A stretch of DNA of 45,708 nucleotides from a virus. Under the pieces are notes generated by a model that made no database searches, had not been told where the DNA came from, and worked only from the letters and a program-made list of their open reading frames with translations. The stretch lies in the IMG/VR virus record IMGVR_UViG_3300028832_000024, one strand, 5' to 3'. Of the stretch, positions 39,335 to 45,708 are shown in pieces. Position 1 is the first letter of the stretch, and each line of letters starts with the position of its first letter. The position numbers and the translations under genes are program-made.

Positions 39335-42300
39335 TACGATTTGATTTTACGGGTTAGATTCTTGTAACGGATAACGGTATTTCCTTGCGCATCAACGAAA
39401 CGGGTTTCGTCGCCCTGTTCGCGGATCTTCGCCACGTCCCGTTCAAGCCCCGAAAGATCCGTTTTTTCGGCCCCGATCATTCCGACGGCGTAACGGTCCA
39501 TTTGTTCGTTTGCGCGTTGGTAGCGGTCCGCAAACGTGCCGTTATTAAGCGAATTAATTACGTCGGGGATTACTGAACGGTAACGGCGGGAATTTTTCTT
39601 ATTAATGACGGCAAAGAATTCGCCGCCTTCCGCGCGTCGCCGTGTTCCGTCGGGCTTCGTTCCCAAATCAACGTCGTGGCCCGACGCGTGGGAACCGCCT
39701 TGCAACAGTTCGACCACACCGTGTTCGTACTGTTCCGTTTGTTGGGAAACCTGTACGGCGCGGATCTTCGAAACGGCGAAAGACGCCCACATTGTCGCCA
39801 ACGCCGCAACCGCAAGGGCGGGACCGACAACAGGGATTCCCGACAATGATTTCCAAATATTCGCCGACGCCGTGGTTAACGACGACGCTTGCGCGACGGA
39901 ATCCGCCGCCAATTGTGCGCGTTGGGCTTTTTGGCGTTCCCGTTCGGCCTGTTGCTGATTCTTCCGCGCCAATGCCAATTCCTTTTGGGCGGTTTCAACC
40001 GAATTTGCATAACCCGCGTTTCGGGCTTCGATTTCAGCGTCCAACGCCCTTTGCGCGGATTCAACTTGCGAATTGGCCGCGTTGACGGCCGCTTCCGCCG
40101 CCGAATTCCACGCGTCAACTAACGAATTGATTGAATCCGCGACGGAATCAATTGCCGTGTTAATGGCGTCCTGTTGTTCGGAATCCAAACTTAAACCCAA
40201 TAGTTCGTAAAGGTTGTTATAACCCAACCTTTTCGTTTGTTTTTCGATCCCCTCAATTGTCGCTTTAACGGCCTTGATTTCGTCCGCCGTCATTTTTTCC
40301 GTGGCGGTTTCATTAAGTTTAAGGATCGCTTCTAATCGGGCCTTTTCCTGTTGCAACTTGAACAACGTTTTTTGGCGTTCGTTCCTATCCAACAGTTCGA
40401 ATTCCGCTTGCGCCAAATCTTGCGCGGCCTTTATATCGCGTTCTGCCAACTTTTGATTAAAGTTAGTCGCTTCACGCAAACGCATTGCGTCGTATTTGGC
40501 GTTGATCGCCTTTTCGTCCTGTCGTACTTTTTCGTCCTTTTGGCGGTTTTGTTCGATTTCGATTGCCTGTTGTTTGTCAATGTTCGCCAAACGTAACGCA
40601 AGCATTTCTTCCGTTCCGTCCTGTGTAATGGCGATTTGCAGTTGGATCGCCTGTTGTTCGGCCTGTAATCGTTGGACGTTCAGTTTGGAAACCTCGTTGT
40701 TAAACGTCTTGACCGCTTCCAACTGTTGTTTGTCATATTTAGCGTTAATGGCGGCTTCCTCTTGCCGTTCGGTTTTAGTCTTTTGGCGGTTTTGTTCCAA
40801 TTCCAATTGGCGTTGGGCTTCGATTTTGTCCTGTCGCAACTGCAACATTTTTTCCGTTCCCGCTTCCGTAATGGAAATTTCCAAATCAATTGATTCGATA
40901 ACGGCCCTACGGTCGGCGATGCGTTGTTTCTTCGCCGCTTCAATGGCTTTTTTCGCGGCCGCGTCTAATTCCTTTTGTTTCCGTTCCGCTTCCGCTTGCG
41001 CCTGTTGTGCCTGTCGTTCGGCGTCCGCTTCGTCGCTTGTTATTTGGGAAAGAACAATGGTTCGCGCCTGTTTCAGCCCTTTAAGGGTGTCTTCCGTCAT
41101 TTGTGCCATTTTTTGACGGGACCCCAAACCCAACCACTTATTTATTAATCCGTCGTCTAACGCTTGATATTGTCTTTGTTTTAATAATTCTTCTTGCTTT
41201 GTTACGAAACTATCCATATAACGCTTTGCATCTTCCGCGCCGTACTGTTCGTATCGTTCGCCGAACGCTTCCACGTATTTTTCCGTTGTGCTACCGACCC
41301 ACGTTTCGCGCGGGAACAACAATTCGCGCGTTTTGGTAATCAAGTCGGTTAACGAATCTATTAGATCCTTAACAACGCCGTTGGATTCGCTGAACGCCAA
41401 CGTTAGACCTTCCCACGCGGATTTCAACAACAACGTTGAACCTTCGACCGTGTTTAAACGTTCCTTTTCAATGCGTTCCAATTCGCCGGAAACGTCCTCT
41501 AACGATTGGCGCAATTCGCGGGCGGAATCGGCCCCCGAAATGAACGCCGTAAACGCCGCGACGGACCGACGGTCGGTCAGTTCCAACGCTTCGTTTAGAT
41601 CCGTTCCCGATTTGCGTAACTTAATCAACCCGTCTATAATTTCGTCAAACGTTTTGGCGGGTCCGCCCATTGCCTTTGCCAACTTGCCGTTGGCGTCGGC
41701 CAATTTCAAGATAATGTTACGCGTTGCCGTGGCCGCGCTTGACGCATCAAATCCCGCGTTGGCAAGCGATCCCAAAAGGGCGGTCGTATCTTTGACGGTA
41801 AGCCCGAACGCATTTGCGACGGGGAAAACCGTACCGATCGAATTTTGTATCCTGTCGAACGACAAAGCGGATTTGTTCGTCGCAACCGCAAGCGTCGCCA
41901 ACACGTCGTCCGTGTCGCGCCCCGACAGGTTGAACGCCCGCAACGTGGAACCCGCCACGCTTGCGGCGTCCGCAAGATTCGCGCCCACGGCCGTTGCAAA
42001 CTGCAACACGGATTTTTGCATCGAAATAATAGACCCTTGACCGAATCCCAACTTTGCCAATTCCGTTTGCAATTGGACAACTTGCGAAGCCGTGTATTCA
42101 GTCGAACGGCCCAACATTAGCGCGGAATCCGTTAACGCTTTCATTTCGTCCCGCGTAACGCCCAATATTGTTGACAAATTCGCGTTGGCCTGTTCGAATT
42201 CGCGCATTGTCTTTGCCGAACCCGTCAAGTAACGGACGAATACCATTAATATTGCGACCGTACCGTTTAACGCGGTCGCAAATCCTTGCACGGCCTTTGT

Positions 42301-42948
42301 AGCGATCGGCAACGACGACGCGCCGATATTGTGTAAGCCCGTGCGCATATTGACGAAACCCGTTACAACTTGACCGATCGGCCCCGGCAATCCCTTTAAT
42401 GCGTTTTGATAATGGCCGACCTCTAATGTATATTTTCCCGTTGCCTGTTGCAAACGGGACATTTCTTCGTAGATTAACCGCGTTTCGGTTTCCAATTCCT
42501 TGCCGACGCCCGCCGTGCGCCGTTCTTCCGCCGTCATTTCGTTTAGACGGATCTTATTTAACCGATATTGGGCCGAAAGTCTTTTATAGGAACCCTCTTT
42601 CGAATTGTTTATTTCGACGATTAGTTTGTCAATCCGTTGTTGTTCCTTGACCGCCGAAATAACCTGTTGGCGACGCCTGTAAGTTTCACTTTCGGCGTCG
42701 TTGCTTTTCTTGTACGCGGCGGTCAGTTTGTCCGATTCCGTCGTAAGCAATTCAATTTGCTTTCGTTGTTCTTCCGTCGCGCCGGACAAATTCGACATAC
42801 TTTGCGCCGCCTGTTGTGCCGCGCTTTGAATGTTGCTTTTAACCGTATTGTATTTGGCGATCAGCGCGTCCAATTGTGCGATTAAGTCCGTAATCGAATT
42901 GTCGGGCGTAATTAAATCGCGGTAATAAATCGGGTTCGGGTTGTCCAT
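39334..42948 (-). CDS. Tail tape measure protein
   Basis: 1204 aa. Residues ~240-470 (FEQANANLSTILGVT...LGFGQGSIISMQKSVLQFATAVGANLADAASVAGSTLRAFNL...ATLAVATNKSALSF...LLGSLANAGFDASSAATATRN) match the TP901-type tape-measure core. Extensive coiled coil. Confidence 0.9.
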   Translation of the reverse strand: MDNPNPIYYRDLITPDNSITDLIAQLDALIAKYNTVKSNIQSAAQQAAQSMSNLSGATEEQRKQIELLTTESDKLTAAYKKSNDAESETYRRRQQVISAVKEQQRIDKLIVEINNSKEGSYKRLSAQYRLNKIRLNEMTAEERRTAGVGKELETETRLIYEEMSRLQQATGKYTLEVGHYQNALKGLPGPIGQVVTGFVNMRTGLHNIGASSLPIATKAVQGFATALNGTVAILMVFVRYLTGSAKTMREFEQANANLSTILGVTRDEMKALTDSALMLGRSTEYTASQVVQLQTELAKLGFGQGSIISMQKSVLQFATAVGANLADAASVAGSTLRAFNLSGRDTDDVLATLAVATNKSALSFDRIQNSIGTVFPVANAFGLTVKDTTALLGSLANAGFDASSAATATRNIILKLADANGKLAKAMGGPAKTFDEIIDGLIKLRKSGTDLNEALELTDRRSVAAFTAFISGADSARELRQSLEDVSGELERIEKERLNTVEGSTLLLKSAWEGLTLAFSESNGVVKDLIDSLTDLITKTRELLFPRETWVGSTTEKYVEAFGERYEQYGAEDAKRYMDSFVTKQEELLKQRQYQALDDGLINKWLGLGSRQKMAQMTEDTLKGLKQARTIVLSQITSDEADAERQAQQAQAEAERKQKELDAAAKKAIEAAKKQRIADRRAVIESIDLEISITEAGTEKMLQLRQDKIEAQRQLELEQNRQKTKTERQEEAAINAKYDKQQLEAVKTFNNEVSKLNVQRLQAEQQAIQLQIAITQDGTEEMLALRLANIDKQQAIEIEQNRQKDEKVRQDEKAINAKYDAMRLREATNFNQKLAERDIKAAQDLAQAEFELLDRNERQKTLFKLQQEKARLEAILKLNETATEKMTADEIKAVKATIEGIEKQTKRLGYNNLYELLGLSLDSEQQDAINTAIDSVADSINSLVDAWNSAAEAAVNAANSQVESAQRALDAEIEARNAGYANSVETAQKELALARKNQQQAERERQKAQRAQLAADSVAQASSLTTASANIWKSLSGIPVVGPALAVAALATMWASFAVSKIRAVQVSQQTEQYEHGVVELLQGGSHASGHDVDLGTKPDGTRRRAEGGEFFAVINKKNSRRYRSVIPDVINSLNNGTFADRYQRANEQMDRYAVGMIGAEKTDLSGLERDVAKIREQGDETRFVDAQGNTVIRYKNLTRKIKS
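40408..40893 (-). repeat. Tandem duplication of an 81-aa (243-nt) coiled-coil unit within the tape measure
   Basis: Residues 686-766 (SIDLEISITEAGTEKMLQLRQDKIEAQRQLELEQNRQKTKTERQEEAAINAKYDK...) versus 767-847 (AIQLQIAITQDGTEEMLALRLANIDKQQAIEIEQNRQKDEKVRQDEKAINAKYDA...). The DNA landmark tggcggtttt recurs 243 nt apart. Confidence 0.85.
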
Positions 42949-43021
42949 AACAGTTATTTTTGTTAAAAGTCCCGAATTTGGGCGTTTCTCTTTCGGGACG
43001 GTAAATTATATATCTTTTCCC

Positions 43022-43807
43022 TTATCGTGGCTTATTCGCCCGTTTTTGTGCCTTTTCCGCCTGTCTTGCCCTTTCCTGTACGAAATCGAACGCGTTGTAG
43101 AATTCCAATACTGAATATTCCTTCGGTTTGACGTGCAATTGTTCCGACAATACCAAACAAATATTTTCGAATTGGCGGTCGAATTGGATTTCGGCCGATT
43201 CGGGACCGCTAAAACATTTCGGGTTCGAATACGTTATAAGCGCGGTCGTCAATTTCTCAATTTCGGGCGTCGCGTCGGGGTTGTCCACGCCGTCAATGAT
43301 ATTTTGCAAAACGCCCAAAGTCCGTTTCTTCAACAAATCGTAATATTCTTTGACCGTCGAATCGGCAAACAGGGCGGGAAAGTACGTTCTTAATTCCCCG
43401 TCAATTTTTTTTTTGACCGCTTCCAATTGGGCGGTTAACTCTTTTTCGGGGACGTCTTGCAGTTCGGCCGTTATGCGCAACAACGCGTCGTCCGTCAAGT
43501 CGTTGCATTCGTGGCCGTCAATCTTCGTTACAAGCACGGCAAACGCCCTGTGTTTGGGGTTGATTTCGTTTTGGATCATAAACACGGATTGGCGCAAGTT
43601 TTCCAATTCCTGTTGCGCCTTTTCCGTCTTTCCGTCCATAAGGTAACGGCGCATCTTTTCCGTGCGCTGATCGAACGCCGCTATATCCGAACCGACGCCC
43701 GAATCAATCAGCAACAATTTTTGGTATTTGTGGAAACGTACGATCGGCAATTCGTCTATTGTGTCGTACATTTCGACCGTGTGTTTTCCTATTTTCGTCG
43801 TTACCAT
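43022..43807 (-). CDS. Tail assembly chaperone-position protein (261 aa)
   Basis: Acidic helical protein immediately upstream of the tape measure. Assigned by synteny only; no slippery site identified. Confidence 0.3.
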   Translation of the reverse strand: MVTTKIGKHTVEMYDTIDELPIVRFHKYQKLLLIDSGVGSDIAAFDQRTEKMRRYLMDGKTEKAQQELENLRQSVFMIQNEINPKHRAFAVLVTKIDGHECNDLTDDALLRITAELQDVPEKELTAQLEAVKKKIDGELRTYFPALFADSTVKEYYDLLKKRTLGVLQNIIDGVDNPDATPEIEKLTTALITYSNPKCFSGPESAEIQFDRQFENICLVLSEQLHVKPKEYSVLEFYNAFDFVQERARQAEKAQKRANKPR

Positions 43808-44073
43808 AATTCACGCGCTATTACTGTGGAACAAACGGGGATCAGCAACAACCACCAATTACCCGTCGTTACGCACAAAGTTAACGAAATTATGACGGAA
43901 ACCCACCAACTGCAACAAAACTTACACGAAAACAATTTATACAAGAAATCATTCGGGGCGTGTACTTGTAACCATTCTATCCAACCCCATTTGTACGCAA
44001 GGCCCAACAGGAACGCGGCCGACAACGCGACGGCCACGACGTAACACACAAAAGCAACTATTCCGCTATACAT
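43801..44073 (-). CDS. Cys/Trp-rich integral membrane protein (90 aa, about 3 TM) embedded in the tail module
   Basis: MYSGIVAFVCYVVAVALSAAFLLGLAY...LFSCKFCCSWWVSVIISLTLCV...WWLLLIPVCSTVI. Confidence 0.5.
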   Translation of the reverse strand: MYSGIVAFVCYVVAVALSAAFLLGLAYKWGWIEWLQVHAPNDFLYKLFSCKFCCSWWVSVIISLTLCVTTGNWWLLLIPVCSTVIARELW

Positions 44074-44657
44074 AATTCGTCGAATTCCAAAAGCCCGTCG
44101 AAGCGGAAGCCCGCGAACGGGTGCATTAAAAATTGGTTGTCAATTTCCGACAGGGAATAACCCCTGTATATGTTTTCGGCGCGTTCGTAAATCCTGTTGA
44201 TCGTAATTCGGCCTTGCGATAGATACCACCCCGAACGCCCGCTTAATATGCGCAATATTTCCGCCTTGATCAATTCGGTATTGCGGTTGTCGGGCGCATT
44301 GTAAACGCGCGTCAAGTCAAACCAAACGATTAGGCCGAACGGGGCCTTAATTTGTCGCGCCCACGGTCCCGCGTCTATCGTTTGCGGGTCCTCTATTTCG
44401 AAAAAAGCAAAGTTCCCGATCTTCGAATCGGGGGAAACCTCTATATAGTCATTCGGGCCGTGTCCGTTCCAATTACCGCAATACACGTTGGGCGTAACGA
44501 TCTTTTTTCCGTTGACCATTTTCGTAAGGCGTTGGGAACGCCCGAACGCCGCGTCCAACCACGGCAACCCGTTCGCCAATCCCGTTTGGATTTCCCCGAT
44601 AACCCTATCCAACATTACGGGGTTATTGATAATCGGGGCGTTTGTTTCGCTATACAT
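44058..44657 (-). CDS. Hypothetical tail-module protein (199 aa; major tail tube by position)
   Basis: Located where the siphovirus tube gene usually sits (upstream of chaperone and tape measure). No motif proof. Confidence 0.3.
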   Translation of the reverse strand: MYSETNAPIINNPVMLDRVIGEIQTGLANGLPWLDAAFGRSQRLTKMVNGKKIVTPNVYCGNWNGHGPNDYIEVSPDSKIGNFAFFEIEDPQTIDAGPWARQIKAPFGLIVWFDLTRVYNAPDNRNTELIKAEILRILSGRSGWYLSQGRITINRIYERAENIYRGYSLSEIDNQFLMHPFAGFRFDGLLEFDELCIAE

Positions 44658-45162
44658 ACAGTTTGGATTTTAATTCGTTCATCAACTCTTGATATGCGCC
44701 ACAATCGGTAAAGATATAGGCCCACTTTTGCACCATAAGCCCGAAAGCGGTAATTCCGTATTTGGCCACGATCCCCGCCGCGTACGGCGTCGTCGGTACG
44801 ATTCCCACGGTATCGGCCGCAAACTGTACGCCCAATTCGTCGTGGAAGCGTCCGTTAATATACAGGTTGGGGGCGTCGGGGTTCCTGTTGGCCCTATACG
44901 GATAATTGATCCCGTCTTGTTTCCACGCGGCGTAACGTCCGGCCGATTCTACGGAATGGAAATACCCTTTGGGTTTTAAATCTTCCGAATAGAACGGGCG
45001 CATATCTTCGCCTTTGGAATTCTTGCCCTCAAATAATTGTATCCGTTGTTGTTCGATTATATCTTCGGAATGCTGAACAACGACGTTGCGGATTAATTCG
45101 CCGGTCGTCAAACCGTCGTTAACTGATTGAACACGGGTCCGCAAGTCGTTTAATATTCCCAT
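44650..45162 (-). CDS. Hypothetical head-tail joining region protein (170 aa)
   Basis: ATG ORF between the wrap-around structural gene and the tail genes. Confidence 0.4.
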   Translation of the reverse strand: MGILNDLRTRVQSVNDGLTTGELIRNVVVQHSEDIIEQQRIQLFEGKNSKGEDMRPFYSEDLKPKGYFHSVESAGRYAAWKQDGINYPYRANRNPDAPNLYINGRFHDELGVQFAADTVGIVPTTPYAAGIVAKYGITAFGLMVQKWAYIFTDCGAYQELMNELKSKLYV

Positions 45163-45291
45163 TTCGTCGTATTGGCCTTTATTTGGCGATTTGCGGGCGT
45201 TTCGTCAAAAAGACGATAAGTTTATTATCTTTCGGCAAAACGCCCGTTATATGCCATTTCTTGCAAAATTAACTTATAAGTTTATTTCGGG

Positions 45292-45708
45292 CTAAACGGT
45301 ACGGTATTTTACGCCGTGGTTGTTGCATTGCAAACAAATACGATCCAATCCCCGCGTATCAATTGACAACGCCTTATACGCCTGTTTCAGTTCGTACCCC
45401 AAACCCGTTGCGCGGCCCGTCGGGTTTCCGTCCAATTCGTATAACAGTTCGTCGCGGGTAACGTTCACTTGATTACGGTTTACCCGAACGTCGGGGTTCA
45501 TCGCAATAGTGCGCAAGACGTTTGCCACAACCTGTTTTTGAATGACGGTCGCAAAGATTTGTCGTTGCGAAATAATAAAGTCGGTAAGATCGCAACCCAC
45601 GGAAATTTCCAAATTAAGCCCGTAATTCATCGTGTTAGTGTAACCGATCAACCCAATATCGAACATTTCGGGGTATTCGGCGAAATCGGCGGGGGCGTGG
45701 ATTCCGAA
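45292..45708 (-). CDS. C-terminal part of the 438-aa junction-spanning structural protein (unique part 45292..45581)
   Basis: Same reading frame as minus-strand 1..1027 through the terminal overlap. The Met at 45666 used by the track is internal. Confidence 0.75.
   Translation of the reverse strand, partial: FGIHAPADFAEYPEMFDIGLIGYTNTMNYGLNLEISVGCDLTDFIISQRQIFATVIQKQVVANVLRTIAMNPDVRVNRNQVNVTRDELLYELDGNPTGRATGLGYELKQAYKALSIDTRGLDRICLQCNNHGVKYRTV
45582..45708. repeat. Second copy of the 127-nt terminal repeat
   Basis: Identical to 1..127. Confidence 0.95.

Noticed and set aside
43801-43807. Programmed -1 frameshift in tail chaperone genes (G/GT-type) upstream of the tape measure
   Set aside because: The 7-nt overlap joins a membrane protein to the chaperone-position ORF. 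I could not find an XXXYYYZ slippery heptamer, and the upstream partner does not look like a chaperone.
1-45708. Genome-wide stop-codon reassignment (as in some gut phages)
   Set aside because: Long uninterrupted standard-code ORFs (1204, 838, 815 and 750 aa) end on ordinary TAA/TGA/TAG codons with tight stop-start coupling. The single in-frame TAA is local.

Overview
The window is a complete tailed-phage genome. It closes on itself through a 127-nt terminal overlap (1..127 = 45582..45708), giving 45,581 bp of unique sequence. One structural gene wraps the junction.

Three features point to a Bacteroidota host: promoters of the TAnnTTTG (-7) / TTTG (-33) type, no Shine-Dalgarno sites, and BACON domains.

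Every convincing gene lies on the minus strand except one 47-aa plus-strand ORF. About ten gene pairs have TAATG or ATGA stop-start overlaps.

Modules in transcription order (descending coordinates):
- Small early genes: 28782 -> 25269.
- Recombination, DNA modification and replication: 24824 -> 10397. This holds an XRE-type HTH, a PD-(D/E)XK exonuclease, a PAPS-reductase-like protein, an initiator with internal iterons, a Mom-like GNAT protein, a RuvC-like resolvase, tRNA-Gln and tRNA-Leu, an SMC-like ATPase, a DEDDh exonuclease, SSB and an ASCH protein.
- Packaging and head: TerS, TerL, portal, scaffold, capsid.
- Siphovirus-type tail: 1204-aa tape measure and a fibre with an SGNH esterase.
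- Lysis: holin, Amidase_2 endolysin and membrane proteins.

No integrase, reverse transcriptase or cas gene was recognised.

Observations most worth follow-up:
1. A 324-aa intein with a LAGLIDADG endonuclease sits inside the TerL Walker A loop. It carries the class 3 signature (Ala1 plus the Trp/Cys/Thr triad).
2. Two paralogous non-coding arrays consist of covarying hairpins with an invariant GTTGCGAAAT loop, a T-tract and a TATATTTG box. Each unit reads as both terminator and promoter, which predicts trains of short ATG-free RNAs.
3. Three consecutive genes have boundaries that cut two BACON domains at the same structural position, once by an in-frame TAA and once by a TAATG frame change.
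4. A five-member promoter family has a conserved two-hairpin leader, and terminator-like hairpins lie directly in front of the TerL and initiator start codons.

All protein assignments come from motifs read by eye and from synteny. No database search was run.
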